A stretch of 58,451 nt of DNA, counting the filler, from Sphacelaria rigidula (taxonomy: Eukaryota): NCBI GenBank assembly GCA_964200075.2. It is 10 parts of 10 records of this genome, joined end to end, with 100 filler letters (N's around TTAATTAATTAA, not from the genome) between each part and the next. Parts side by side here need not be neighbours in the genome. Positions count along the whole stretch, not along the records: positions 23,422 to 29,176 come from CAXNAA020024702.1; positions 29,277 to 35,031 come from CAXNAA020024703.1; positions 35,132 to 40,886 come from CAXNAA020024704.1; 7 more parts are not named here. One strand, given 5' to 3'. The position numbers were made by a program, and so were the translations under genes. The notes under the pieces are model-generated. The model was not told the DNA's origin and did no database searches. It saw only the letters and a list, made by a program, of their open reading frames with translations. Positions 24,601 through 38,959 of this stretch are shown one piece after another (within the stretch, counting starts at the first letter, position 1; the number at the start of each line of letters is the position of its first letter).

Positions 24601-26559
24601 AAAAAATGCGATGGAGCCCGGACTTATCACGGACCGGATACCCCGTCCCAATAATTGGTCAGTCACTCACCTGTCGGACGAGGATTCACGCCGTGTACTG
24701 CTGGCATCACGTTCGCCATGTTTCGGTGATTTCGCTGTTGGTGCATACCGTCGTTTGTCATCGCCGGTACTATTATCGGCAGCAGGCACTGCGTTTCTAA
24801 CGCCGTGGATTGCTGTGCCGGAGTTGTGTTATGATGGGTAAAATTGGAGGGGCGGGGAGGGTATCAGCGTGGGCTTTCTGCTCGCGAGTCCTGGGACCTA
24901 TATGCGCATACGTCGGAGCATGATACTATGTCAATTTTTCATCCCCGACATTTCCTGACAATCCCAACCTCGCAGACAGCAAAATAGTACGCCATCAATT
25001 TTGTCTGGTGTGATGTACATCTTATACGTTCAAGCGAACCACCGCTGTCTCTCCCGGCGACGGAGAAAATGTCCACGGAAGCAGCGTCCGTTTCACTTTG
25101 GCCGCTACCATGATAATGGTCGTTCCTGAGTATTCCCACGACTTCCCTTGTGCCAATAGCGACATGTACCTTTTCTTTTTAGCATTCGTCGTCAAGGTAT
25201 AGTACCAAGGGGCATCTTTACGCCACTTTGACCGTCCCTTATCACTCCCCCCTCCCTCGCGCCGCCAGTATGGGGCCGCGCATTCCTCTGTCTTCACCTT
25301 CACCGTAAACTGTTGGCGCACAGTCCCACGTCTTAGCTAGTAGACTCTCTCTCGGCATATCCCTTGAAACATAGTCTTGTGTGCTTGCCCACTGATGGCA
25401 TCCATGTCTCCTTCTCTGTAGTGATGTTGAAGAACAATACAAATGATGGGGAGAAAGCGGGAACACACGGGGTTTGGTGAAAGTGGTTGGTGTGGCCGGT
25501 GCCTTGTGCTGAGTGTCATCATCTTTACCTACTATTCGCCTCCCTAGATACGAGTCATGATCGACGCTCACGGTGTTCATGTGCGCACTGTCGAGAATAA
25601 GCGTTACGGCGGAAATAACAGTATTCTACCTTAACCAAACAAACCGAGAAAGCGCGTTGCACTATTGCTTGACTGCGTCAGTCGCTGTAAAGGCTGAAAG
25701 GCTGAATCACATGCTCGGCGCAATAGTCCGTGTTTGAAAGGCGTCGTGGGACCTCCGTTGATGTATTAATTACCCAGTAGAAAAGTGTATATAATACTCT
25801 CCATGTAAAATGTGAAAACCCCATGTATGCACTCCGCTCGCACACCGCACACTTAACAAAGTGGGGCGGGAAATCGTTCACACAAAATCACACGTCATAA
25901 TCCCATATTTTCGCCACGCGAAAACGCATGTGCCTCCAGTAGATATGTACTGCAAGCACTGCATCGGGTATACCTCAAATAACAGAACTAGTCTCTTTTT
26001 CGTACTTCCCCTGTATGTCATGATCCATACTTAATATCCATCTCCCTTGTATCCAGGCAGATGTACAGTTACAATCCTGGAGTGTAAGTATAATCGATTA
26101 GCCTCCCTGCTTACGGCTCTAGGACGGATAATTTATCCTGAATACATAGAGCCTCATTCTAAAACGGGAAACATATTTCATGTTCTTTCAAACATGAATC
26201 CAACACTAAATTTCCAAGAACTGAAGAAAAAAAACGATTTCGTCAAGAAAAATCCTGTTCAGCCACGCACAGACGTCGCAAACTCGTCTACTTCGGCAAT
26301 CAAAAGCTCAAATCCTGAATATTATCAGTTCTTTGTTTCCTACCCATGCTCCATTTCAACAATTATTTGCGTCAGTCAGCACAAAACAAAAAGATACATG
26401 CGCATCAATCTTCGTTGGAACAACCAAAAATCACACATGAATGCACAGTGGACACCCTTTTCATACTCCTCAGTTACCATGATGGCATTCGAGAAGCACA
26501 CTCAACCTTCCAATACTCGAATCTGTCAAAAACGTACTATTCTCATCGTAACAAGATGC

Positions 26560-27100
26560 TGTTGTCTATGTGACATTCGATTTAACATACCGTCTACAAC
26601 ACGGTCTACATCAGGCAAGTGTCTACAGTCAACATGCCCAGTGACCATGATATCATTCCACTGAACAATAACATGACTCCTCGAAATAGTATGCAAAAAC
26701 TTGCAGTAGTGGTGTGTGTACCACTTCCCCTCGAGTTCGAGAACAACATTCAAATTCAAATTAAATCAATTCGGATTCAAATCGCTAAAACTAGAAGAGG
26801 TATGCTCGAATACAAGAATATATAGATTTCCCATCTGTCCCAACATAAGAACACAAGACCTGCTTCTGTTTGTACCACTCTGTATCCTAGAAAAGCAAGA
26901 CACAGTCACTTTCAAAACATCATTAGCGTCCCTGATGTGGACCATCTATCAATTGCCTAGAATAGTTGGAATAACCCACATCAGTGAACACTTCCAAGCT
27001 TGGATCCCTTCACGTCAGAAAACGAAAAAATCTCTTTCGAACCTCGTTCACTTGATAGACCCTAGAATACTCAGAGCAAATTTATATACCAGTACACTCG
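26560..27100 (-). mobile_element. Degenerate Ty1/Copia RT end and RNase H
   Basis: Frameshifted KFALSILGSIK*TR..LEVFTDVGYS..DRWSTSGTLMMF..VSCFSRIQ resembles Copia LEVYADADYA..DRRSVSG..VSWFSRTQ. Confidence 0.55.
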
Positions 27101-27646
27101 TTCATTTCACAACGACTTGTTCTGCGTATATCCTATCAGGGAGAAACACGGAACATAAAATCAAACTCTGTAAGCACTCAAAATATTGTAACCAAAATTA
27201 GCGATTGATCAGTCCACTCTATTTCGAATTACTGATCTTTGATGCAAATTTCGCCCCCAGGTAGTATATGAAAACATAACATCGATGACCCCAGAGTCAA
27301 TTCTCGTGAGTTTCCTGGTGCATAGTCAGTCCCGCATGTTGAACAGCGGGTGGATAGTCAATTGTTTAGTGACACCCAAGACTAAAAACCGTTCCACTCT
27401 CGGAAGTATACTCGAGGTTGAATCCACGCAATTTTCTTTCAGCAGTTGAAAATGTCCAACCCAAAGTCCAGAGCCAGCGAATCAATTTGTCAAAAACGTT
27501 TTAGCGCGGATCGCAAAATATCAAATTCCCTCTCGAAATCCATTATTACCGACGAATCAATTTGTTCAAAATACTCGACCGTCGATCACCCCATCACATG
27601 ATTTTTCTACCAAAATATTCCGCTGTGAATAACCCACCACATGTTT

Positions 27647-27733
27647 TTAATTGCCCGAAAAGGGGATCATGGTAGCAAATAGTCAAAATTTTAATTACCC
27701 GAAAAGGGAATTATGGTAGCAAATAGTCAAATC
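27647..27733. repeat. Two-copy ~44-bp tandem duplication
   Basis: ttttaattRcccgaaaaggg..atggtagcaaatagtcaaa occurs twice in tandem. Confidence 0.8.
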
Positions 27734-29276
27734 CCCCCCCATTATTTTTTTTCTCACGAGATCATGTGAAGGATCAAGTAAAACAATCATAACCTTGGAA
27801 ACTACGGTAGTACTTCGTAGGGCGTAGGGAACAAAAACTAGAACAATCAAACAAGAAGATGCAACCACTGGACGTTTCACATGGTTGGCATGTTACGTTG
27901 CTGTAAACAACGAGACGAAAATGTTCCGAATCAAATCCAAACTCCCAAAGAAATCAAACGATAAAAACCTAGATCTCAAAGCGTGTTTGGTTCCTGCGCC
28001 CTGGCTTCTGCTTAGTCCCCCAAGCGGTTGCGTTGTCGTCGCCCCGCCCACGGTTGCTGTTTTCGGTTTGGTTCTTGCGGTGTCACGGTCCGGGCCTCGT
28101 CATATTTGTGCACATCCGCCTGGGTTTGAAAGCAGTTGCCTCGCCATAGAGATTGGCTCGCAGCACCGGGGGCAGGTCACGCGTGCGGTAGAAAATAGTC
28201 GCAGAAATAAGTCATCCGTTGTATTTTATGCAAAAAATCGAAAAATATTACATCGTGCATGCGTCATATCATGAAATCCCTTCCCTACAAACCCATGCGT
28301 CTTTCCTCGCAACGCAACAAATAATAAATATTTTTTCGAAAACAATTCACAGTACTATGTCGTGGGTAAACAAAATCCGCCCTAACGGTCGACGAGCGGC
28401 CCCCCAGCAGGGGCAGTGACTGCGCTTAACTTTCCTCGCAAAAAAATATATATACGCAAGTATCCCATAGGGTGGAGTGCTAAAAACATACAGGGAAGAA
28501 GAACAAATGCTGTGTTGACCCTCCTTTCAGACTCCGGCTAGTGTGCCCACGTATAATGTAAGGTGTAAACTGGCATCTAGAATGGATGAGACGACAACTC
28601 ACACACGCGGTAGTACTATATTTTGTTGGCTCGCCAGAATTAAATCAACTCAACTACACCCAATGTAAATCACACAAGCTCGTCAAGCTATACTTTACTG
28701 TGATGCAATAATTGTTGATTAACCCGAGGGGGAAGCATGGAAATTTCGAACAGTACATTCTTGCTCAATGTATTTCCTCTACACGTTTGTATGCGGGGAA
28801 CCATGCACGCTCTACAAACAGTATATGCCTAAGGCTTACCAAATTATAGCTATGAATCCAAGATTGATCACGCCGGGGGGGTAGGGGAGCATGTTCAACA
28901 ATCTGTAGAAACGAAAAAACAAAAGTAATGGCATTGGCCCGCATTGGCCCGCAGCATCAGAAACGTAATCGTACCAACATTGCAGTACACATGATACTTC
29001 GATTATGCGCCAGTACACATCAGACTGTAATGCAGCACGGTATGCAAGCAGTAATCAGCCTGGAGTACAGTATACAGAAGGCAGTTAAACATGAAAGAAT
29101 GCTACGTGGAATCACTCATTAACAGCCGATCCTAATTTTTGGGGTTGAAACATAAAATTAGGTTGAAGTCCCATTTNNNNNNNNNNNNNNNNNNNNNNNN
29201 NNNNNNNNNNNNNNNNNNNNTTAATTAATTAANNNNNNNNNNNNNNNNNNNNNNNNNNNNNNNNNNNNNNNNNNNN

Positions 29277-30189
29277 GAAGACAGTGCTCTCTGTGCCCGT
29301 ACGTTCATCACTGGATCCAAGCTGCCTCCTACTCTCGAAGCGGTCGATGAGTGTTTGCATGGTGGACCGTGATATCCCGAGGTTGGAGTACACAGTCGTC
29401 AGGACTTGCGACTTCTCAACATCGGTGGAAAGATGCGTGTAGTATTCATGTAAAGCCTGTCCCGCCTGCGGACATAAAACGTTTGAGTCGCGATGCGGCC
29501 GGGGCGCGGGGGGTTTAGGGTACTGCAGCACTTTTTTTGTGATGCGATGATTGCCTCACAGGAGTGTATTTCGGCGGTATTACTTGCAATGCGGGAAGGT
29601 ATCCTTGTTCATGTAGTCGAGTGATGAAATGTGTCAACGCAGTCGTTCAATGATATCTATGACGACAGGGGTGTCAGCTCTGTGCCCACAGCATGCGGAG
29701 TTACCATGGCGAACAAATGGGAGTGCTGGCGGCACTAATCGCCTCGCTTGATCACACGTTGCCTCTTTACAAAATTAGCAAACTAACCATTATGTACATG
29801 TTCCCGTGATGTGTACTCACCGCCTCTGCGCCCACACGCTGCCCTTGATTCCTCTTCAGAAATTTCAGATATCGCTTCCACGTCCTCTTATCCTGCCTCC
29901 TCTCGTCCAAAATATTACACGCCAGTCTCTGATGTCACTTCTCGCGTCTCATTTTTAAAGCCGTCGACGCTCCAAGCTGTTGCATGACCTTCATATGTCT
30001 TCTTTGCTTTGGGGTCGACGTATCGGAGCCTGTTGGATGGATAGCAGCGGGAGGTAGGGTCGGTTTCGTGATCACCGCCAACCTGAAATGAAGTTGTGTG
30101 TGCCCGATACGGGGCAGTACTGTCGTACTGTGCTCTGTTTGTTCTACCGTACAGNNNNNNNNNNGTGTTGGGGGTGGTGTGGTTTGGGT

Positions 30190-30243
<54 letters not shown>

Positions 30244-31751
30244 ACACGGGCACTCTACCAAGTTTCTGCCGCAGATTCCTGTATTTCGGCGCCCTCTTGC
30301 GGGGAGAGCCTCATGGCGCAAGGGGTAAAAGGCGGGTGCAGTGAATAGAGTGATGGCGGCGCGCAAAAGGCCGCCTGCGGCCCATGGAAATGGGCGGCGA
30401 GGGGGGGTGGCAAACGGCGTGATACATGAGCGGGTAACCCGCATGCATTATGCTGCGTTCGTGCAACGCCACAGGCATGTACAGTCGAATATGTCCCACG
30501 TGATGCTGCGTGAGGGCTGTCGGCGCGATACTCGCGTGTGATTACAGCGGCATGGTGGAGTACATGGTGTTGGTGACGGCACGACAGCTGCGCGGGGCAC
30601 GAGGTGCATAGAGGAAAGAGGTGGGCATGATTGCCGCTGTGATTTCGACCACAACAAGGCACTGCCGTTTGCATAGGGGTTGGCCGTGAAAGTGCAAGCG
30701 TTTTGTAAGGTAACCGCGCACCGTGAAGGCACAAGCTGTTGGCTTATGGCGCTTCCAGACGGGTGCAATTTGGTGTCGTTTTATCAGGGGGTGGTTTATA
30801 CCGTGACAGTGTTCGAGTGTGAAGTGATCCCCTCACACACAGGCGGGTAGCGGTGCGCACGAGTGGGAGAAAGCAAGAGGAGTGGAGTGGAGGCGAGCGT
30901 GACAGTGCTGCATCACACCCTCGCGCTGTTATTGGGGTAAGCGTATGCTGTTTTCAATAGTTTTGTGCGCGACTGTGAACATCGCTGTGTGCTTGGCCTC
31001 ACCTGCTCTTTGCTGCGAAGGTGTGCCTAAGGTGCGGTGCTGTACAGACAGTGCAAGCAGCCCCCTCCGCCTTGTGCTGGGCTTTCCTGCCCGTGGGGAG
31101 AGCACATGACACCAAACAGTCGAGGTTGGTGTTGATTGTAGTGGTTGGATAGCGATCTGTGCGTACGTTCTTTGTCTGTGCAGCCTCTACTGCTTCATCG
31201 CTTTTTAGAGCCAGTGCGAGCACCCTTCCAGCACTTCAGCCACTCTGCCCAGCTCGAGAGTCATCGCGAGCGACCGGTTTTCAGCGGTCAAATGCACTTT
31301 CTCGCCCGTGCCAATGGGTGTTTTCGTTTCCCTATGATATGAGGTCGTCGCCTTTGCGCTGTTTTGGGTTGGGGGGGGCTGCGTGATCGAGTTGTACACG
31401 CAGCAGATGCGCACGCTCTACAGACCGTACGGTGCATGAGCCTCACCTGGTAGGGGCTCATCTTCGAGTAGGTCTTCTGCGGACCTTGTTGTCAACGTCC
31501 CCAACCTCCGCGGAAGCAGTCGTAACACCAATCAAGCCGTTCTTTTGAGCAAATTCGGTCCACCCACTGTGGTGAACGTTCCGAAAGCAGCTGTCAAGAC
31601 GCTGTGGTGGACCCAGGACGGCCTGTGAAAGATGTAGGTGTCCGGATTCGCCCACGTTGAATTTGCAGGACCCCAAGAGGACGGCCCGTAACGGCCCAAA
31701 ACCCCCGTGCAGCGGTGATGCTTACCTCCGTCGTTTGACGTCGATAGGGCT
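29277..31751 (-). pseudogene. Degenerate spliced gene, possibly TE-borne; candidate exons 31751-31726, 31622-31447, 31086-31003, 30082-29821, 29465-<29277
   Basis: A series of cag|..|gtgagg/gtgagt/gtaagc-bounded segments with protein-like translations (AACTVCTAPHLRH; LACNILDERRQDKRTWKRYLKFLKRN; AGQALHEYYTHLSTDVEKSQVL), interrupted by stops and frameshifts. Confidence 0.45.
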
Positions 31752-34700
31752 CTGTTTCCAAAACTGTTTTTTTTACAGCCTTTCTGTGCTCCCTGCAGAC
31801 CCTGTGCGAGTGTTATTTTCTACTGTTGTCGCCGTAACATGCAACGCCTTCCATGTATTTTCTGACAGCCGTCATGTTCAAGTCCGCAGCGTACCACCTG
31901 ATGTGTGGGGGTTCTTCCCACCCACCGTGTTCACCACACGCGGTAGTTGACCCTGTTATACGCGGATATTCGGCTTCTCCACTATACAGCGGTTATCACG
32001 ATATCTTTGTTTACGCAGGGGGAGCACTATACGCTGAGATATCCTTGCTGGCATGCACGCGATGTTGGCTGAAACATGATGAAAGAAAAGCGGCGGAATC
32101 ACGGGTTCGGTCTATTTTCAGTATAAAATTCAAAAACTACGGATCTTGCAAATATCAGACGCTAACTACTGTAGCCCTCCCCGGGCGGACCGTAACCCGA
32201 GTGGCCAAAAGTGCAACGTGCGGGGCGGTAATCCATCGAGTGTTTTCTCTGCCGAGGGCCTCAATCGCTCTGACCAAGATTCACCCCTCCAGCCTCGACT
32301 ACTCTTTCCAGGCACGTTACTCCCCGACGGTTCAGGTGTGTACCCTTTCCGACGTTTTCCTACACGTCTACGTAGTCGAGGTTCCGTGCTCCGAAACGGG
32401 GTATTCACATGGGAGAACATCGTCTCCGCCTACCTTATGATGCTGGCTTGGGTGAGCTAAAGCCCACGGCAACCGATGATGCCGCTTTCCGCCCTTCTGG
32501 TCCTCGAGCAATGTTCACAAACCGCAACCCTCGAGTTTTCATCTGATTTGCGACAATACACTCTCTCGGAGTTCCGCACGCGTTAACCCTTCGCATAACT
32601 TGCCACCACAAGCAGCTTCTGCTACTGTGACGAGCCCCATCACGCCGGCTCATACAGCTGCACGCAGCACCCCCTAACGAAGACTGCAGACAGGCGTACG
32701 CGCAACTCGCGTCAAGCACGAGCGTCGTTGCGCGCCGCAACAACTACGCCGCCTCATACGGCGTCACCGACACCACCCGCTTCGTGGAATGACGTCGACT
32801 ACCCCGATCCTAATCCCGATACAGGCATTGACGTTGGCATATTTGGTGACGTAGTTGCTGCCGACAGATGCATCGTGTAACTCAAGCTTGGACCAGTACT
32901 ATGTGACGCCAGTTCATCGGCGCCGCGTGGATCCTGGTGCCATCAGCGGCACAAGTCCAAAGTGCTTTGCCGGAGAGTGCAGAACAATATTGACCGCCGC
33001 ACCCACGATGTCAACGCATTGCTGGGTGCCTCAGCTAAACTTTGATCATTCCTTTGATCCACTATTTTGTTTCCGATTGCGTTCCTCCACTATTATCATC
33101 ATTGGAAGATTCCATATATTTCATCGTCCAGACATACCTCTAAGTACATACATGGCACAATCATCAACACTTCCCGACAGCCGGAGCATATCGGGATCCT
33201 CTTCATCTACGACCACTGATCTCTTCTTCATCCTTCAAGACCGACGTCTCTCATACTCTTCCGGAGGTTCAGTATTCTCGCACTTGGCTGTGCGGCTGGC
33301 GCTGGACAGTATTTTATTTTCAATCCCCTGGCCCTCCTACGTTTTCGGTCTTGGTTCGACATGCGTCGTTCGCATGAGCCGTTGTTGCTTTGTGTTCCCC
33401 AGGTCGAAGCTTTGCTCCCTGTCGTACCTTGTCGGTTTGACTGTTTTGTGTCAGCTGGCCTTTGGAAGCAGTTTACGCTTTTTGTGTAGGGGTTTCGCTA
33501 GCGCGTAGAAGCAGTTCGTGCTTCTTTGTCGAGGTGTGGGGAAACCACATATCACCTCACCAATCGATTTTTCTGTTTTCTTTAGGCGCCCATACCTCTC
33601 GATATCAAGCACAAATCTATTTTCGATGCGTCTCGAGAATTATACGGTGTACACCAATCGCACCTGTACTAAAAAAGAGGCTCTTCTGGGTGGGCTAGGG
33701 GCATGGAGGTTAGAGGTATTCGTTGCATCTCCTTCCCAGGACCGCAGATCGTTTACTGAGGTCTCAGATATCCGGTCTGATGTGTGAAACATGTTGATCC
33801 GCGATTTTTGGTCGTAAGTCTTGCCAGTAAAGGAATCGAACGTGCTTAGCCCCAAGACGTTAAAACATTGTTGTACATTGTCAATGATAGTACTGAGAGT
33901 AGCTCAAGCATTCACGAGAACCCCATCCTAAGAGCCTTCGGCTCGGAACTTGCTTAGTGCGGATTTGTAAAGACGAGACAGAGCAAGGCACGAGGGTTTG
34001 TCAAGTGATAACGAGCTTTTTGCCCGACCAAAAGGCACGTGTAGTTAGGCATGAAATTGAAAAGCGTAGAGGGCCATTCCATAGTGTCAGACACCCATTG
34101 AGGTAGATACATACAGTGGGTTTCATCCTCACTGTATACGGATATGAAACGGATGTGAACCCGGATGAACTCCATCACAATTGGCTCGTTGCCCACGAAA
34201 AACACAAAGCACAATTTACAGCTTTTTTTGAGCCAGATTGAGGGTCTAGCATTTGACTGAGAATGGGGTTTATGATTCACTCCAGCTTTGTCGATGTTTA
34301 GTTGTGAGTGTGTGTATTTTAGTCTCCAACAATGTAGTACCCTTACAGCTACAAGTCGATCTCCCACTCTAGGGTACTCGAGGCTTCAGTGGCAAGCTAC
34401 AACAGAAAGCGTGAACGGTCATTTCGTCAGAGGCGTTGTTTGATGCATAATCGACCATTCCTGGATATCTGAAGTTATATATTTCTGCCGATTGACGATG
34501 CCAATGCATCAAATATGGACACGAGACTCACTCCACGACGAAGGGCTTTCATTCGAGCCGCTCGTCGACTGGCTCGACAAAATGTTCTTCACGAAACACA
34601 GTTCGATGAATGGATTAGAGCTCTCTATTTTTGGGGTTCCCATTCTCGGTCAAACGCTGGACACTCAACTTAGTTGTTAATTTTCAACTTGCCATTACAG

Positions 34701-35319
34701 TCTGATCATCAGAGACGATGAATAAAACGTGAGTTCTCCACCGGTGATCACCCCCCCCCCACACCGAAGAAACCTGGTTAGACACCCATGAGGCAGTGTA
34801 AAACCCGTGGCTGTCTCTGGAAGTGGCGATACCAGATAATAAAGTAGCTCATTGTTGGCTTTCATCAAAATGCATAGTAATCAGTACGCTTCGGGTCGAA
34901 TAATCTAAGCAGGATGCAGCTCATCTCAGATATCCGGTCTTATAATTAGCTACCGGTAGGTAAAGAAATGGAACCATATAACAACAAATTGTGCGAATTG
35001 AGGTTTAACTTTGAGATGAGGTTCAAGCCCANNNNNNNNNNNNNNNNNNNNNNNNNNNNNNNNNNNNNNNNNNNNTTAATTAATTAANNNNNNNNNNNNN
35101 NNNNNNNNNNNNNNNNNNNNNNNNNNNNNNNTTCCCCCTCCTTTTTTTTTTTTTTTTTTTTTTTTTTTCTCCTCCCCCCTCCTCCCTCCCCCCCCCCCCC
35201 CCCCCCCCCCGGACTGGAGACCCCCCGATGTCTCAGGACTGTCAGCCTGTAAAACTGTTCTGAGGCGACGCTCGCTGTCCAAGGGTTAATTTCCGTGGGG
35301 GCGTGTCTTTGCACATCAG

Positions 35320-35468
35320 TTTTCGATCGAAATTGTGCGGTGGAGAACAAAAATCCCGATCTGATAGATCGTAATTTCAACCATCGTCGTTTAGTTTGAA
35401 GATGATCGGAATCATGACCTATCAGATCGGGATTTTTTTTTTCTCCACTGCAATTTTTCGATCGAAAA
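35320..35468. mobile_element. Fold-back / MITE-like element
   Basis: ttttcgatcgaaa..gtggagaacaaaaatcccgatctgatag pairs with ctatcagatcgggatttttttttctccac..tttcgatcgaaaa. Confidence 0.7.
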
Positions 35469-37232
35469 ATCATGTGCTAGGACACGGCTTGAGAGTGACT
35501 CGGGGAAGATAACTATCTGGGATTAACTCGCCATCAATCGGAAACACACAAAAAAAGAAGCCCTCACTCTCATGTCGCGTGCTCACATTTTCTGATCTAG
35601 TTAAAACGAGCCCTCACGTACTTGTGTGCAAACTGAAGGCACTTGTTACGTGTTACGCAGTACCCTACTAGTATTGTAGTACGATACTCGTATCAACATC
35701 CATTCTGCCCGATGTTGAGGAATAGTGATATATCAGTTTGTGCGCTGCGATAAGTGCAATTGAGCTGGAGCTGTTGGAAGAAGGAGCAACCGACATTACC
35801 TCTCGTTGGAGGCCGATATGGCTGTGATTTCATGCTTCATTGAGTCTGCTGATCCCACCGGGTGTTGTTTTTGACAGGGGTGATAAAGAACGTGACACTA
35901 AACTACGCGCGACCCCGACCCCGGGTGCGGGAGCTTGCGATGGCATTTTCAGAATAGCATTGTATGGTGATATTGTTCACGAGTTTCGCGTGACTCTAGA
36001 CGAGTAGCTCTCAGTCCATCTCAAAGATTGCGCAGGGATAATATCCACAGCATAGCCCATAGAGTGTGATGGGGGGACTCGGTCGAGAGCGACAGCGTGC
36101 ACCATGTACGGCATGTGCAGTACGGGGTTGTGAGAACTGAGGATCATCTGCAGCGGACGATGATGTGCTGCAATGTGCCGTTTGGGCTGTGCAGTACTTC
36201 ACCCGATGCGCCGGAAAAGCGAGTGCAGGTGCTGGCTCCTACAAACAGATTCTTCGCCTGCCATTCTGATTTTATGGTACACGATCACTGTGAGGCACTT
36301 CTTGCTACACTACCTGCCTGCTGCGCTCGCACACACGTGGAGAACGAACAGTTACACGCAGCCAAGACGTGTGCGGACAGACTCCAGGCAGTAGATTGTA
36401 GAGCACAACACAACTCCGTCTGCAACAGTGCAATGCACTTCTGAGGCATTTGCATCTCGCGTTTTGCAACAGCATCACACATAAAGAAGGTTCAAGTGCA
36501 CGACGTTATCTCACCTTCCAGGTACTGTAGTATCTCCACCAAGCGCTGAACCTCAGAGCCCTGCCTAAGCTTGTACCTGCTATGGACTTGCGACCCTAAT
36601 TTTTTATTGATTCTGTTCAGTGTAACCTGGCATGTATGAGAACCCCCCCCCACCCCAAATAAAAAATTGAAACTGATTCATGTGTAAAAGGTAGCCAATC
36701 AGATCGCGCGGAGATCAGGAGTATGACACAAAGATGCCGCGGCGCGATTGAATTGATCACGTATCTGTGTGGGGATGAGGGCGGTGGGATAACGCCCTCT
36801 CCACTTTGGGGAGATGCACCGCCACCGAATCCACTGCGGGCCACGAATCGGCACCACACTTAACGATAAAGCCACCCACTGTATGTTGAACCCCCGATTC
36901 CCCTTTGCAGAGTCTTCTGAAAGGGTGCACGTCTCTCTGTCTCCAGCGATGGTTGTGCTTGTTGAGGTCAACCGCGGTCGGTCGACGTTTGTTTGCAGAT
37001 AGATAGGTGGAAGATATTGACCCGCTTTTGAAGCGAACGCAGAAATCTATTACCGACTTGTAGAGTACGAGGATATTGAATCCTGTGAATCTTTTCGACA
37101 TGGCTGGTGATCTCGGTTCCTGACTCTGGCTCTATATGCGCATGGCCTCGCGTGTTGAGTGGGCCGTTAGGCCCTGCCCCCAAGAGCCCGAACGGTCGAC
37201 GGCGGCACTATTAATAGAACTCACGAGGTTAA

Positions 37233-37330
37233 CCCTTAGACCGCGAGATTAGTCTTTCTGGATCATGCACACTTTTTTTCAATTGAAATTGATGCCGATT
37301 CAACAGAAGACTAACCTCGCGGTCTAAGGG
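37233..37330. mobile_element. piggyBac-type MITE (98 bp)
   Basis: TTAA|CCCTTAGACCGCGAG..CTCGCGGTCTAAGGG|TTAA. Confidence 0.88.
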
Positions 37331-38287
37331 TTAAATAATCTTGGAGTCGTGCTACGATACGAGCTGGGCCAGCCTAAAAACGGATTTAAGCTCTCAAAGC
37401 GGTATCTCAACGACACAAACGAGTTGGGCCGTGATCCGCATATCGGAGTAATCGTCTTATCAAGGGGAAGGTGCCCATCTGCTAAAAAAGCTGGGTCGAT
37501 TTTTTTCTCGTTGATTAAACCCCATGTCTAGTAATTCCTATACCTAGCAGCGGAGATAGCATCCACACTTAAATCTATATGAAACCCCGAACGATCAATC
37601 AAGCGGATGATGACGATTTTTGATGTGGAGCTTCCCTGGAGCACGGGGAGACGATAGATACCCTCACCTTCACCTAATTTGTTATCCATCTCGAGATATG
37701 GCGCACATAAATTTCCATAATAAAACCAGTATATTACGAGCAGAGGCACTAGATGACCCAAATCTGGATATCGCGTCTCAGTTTTTGAGAGTTGTGCTAT
37801 GAAATATGGTATGGAGAACCGCAAGAGCATAACGAAGTATAAAAAAACACAGCTCATCGGGGTTTTTTCGGGGGGGGGGTTCATGTTTTTAGGGGGGTTT
37901 TGAGGAGAAATGAACTTGCTCTTGGGCCTCATCTCATTTTTTCAGCTCAATTTTTAGAATTGTGATTTGAAACTTGGCACGGAGAACGACAGAGGTATGC
38001 TGAGTAAAGAAAAAAATGGGCCTTTATTTTTATTTTATTTTATTTTATGAGAGGTTCGGGCGTTCTCGTAAAAAAATGGTCGTCGCCATACTAAAACGCC
38101 CTCATTCAATAAAGAATAAAAACAAAAACCAATCTCACCCATTTTTCTTGGTTCATCATGACCTAGCGAGGTCCCGCACAAAGTACCCAAACCCACAAAC
38201 ACCAAACTTGGGCCGATAAACGGCTTGCAAAATACTATTCCGAATTGCCGCCGACCCTGTTTTTCAAAGGTAAATTCGAAAAAAAAA

Positions 38288-38513
38288 TCTTGGAGTTGGA
38301 ACGTGAAATTTGGTATTGACAATCAGCAGGGCATGAAGAAAAGCTGTCTGTGAGGTCCCGAAGTTTTTGTTTTTTTCATAAGTTAAGGGTGTTTCACTAA
38401 ATCCTCACAACTGATGTTTGCCCTCAACTCATGAAAAAATACAAACTTCGGGACCTCACAGACAGCTTGCCCCGTTGATTGTCCATACCAAATTTCACTT
38501 TCCAACTCCAAGA
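38288..38513. mobile_element. Fold-back MITE with ~100-bp arms
   Basis: tcttggagttgga..gtgaaatttggtat..gctgtctgtgaggtcccgaagttt pairs with aaacttcgggacctcacagacagc..ataccaaatttcac..tccaactccaaga. Confidence 0.8.
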
Positions 38514-38959
38514 AAACAATTGCGAATTCGCCTGCAAAGTAAAAATCCGCTTGTAGGCTTGCCCAGCCTGTAGGGTTGCACTTTTTCGGCTAAAATGTTC
38601 ACCTAGTAGCCAAAATCGAGGTTGCAGGCGACGAGGGTGAGCTCGTTCGGGGACGTCTGCTTGCAAGGCGATGGGCTCCCGGTAGGCACGACTAGAGTTT
38701 CGTTGGCATATCTGGGGAACTTCACCCTCCGTGAAGATCATGATGTCCGTTTTTGTGGGATTTTACGTGTATTGATCAAGCGGTGATCCTACTCCACGCA
38801 CCACAAACTCCTTGACACACATCCTACTCCACACACCGAACTACGAATCGGTATCAGCACCGCGGAGACTCGCCGACGTCGACTACCTGGTTTTGACCTT
38901 GTATTTCTCCACGTATCCTTCGTCAACTATCCACTCGACCTCCGCAGCGAAAAGAAGGC

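Noticed and set aside
24939..25881. Protein-like minus-strand fragments
   Set aside because: No recognisable domain and no consistent exon chain.
30155..30241. Long poly-G tract as poly-Pro/Gly coding or a G-quadruplex system
   Set aside because: It is adjacent to an N gap, and similar noisy G/C runs occur at contig ends, so its length is unreliable.
36150..36444. THAP domain (MMCCNVPFGLC...VCNSAMHF)
   Set aside because: Spacing is wrong and the conserved Pro/Trp core is missing.
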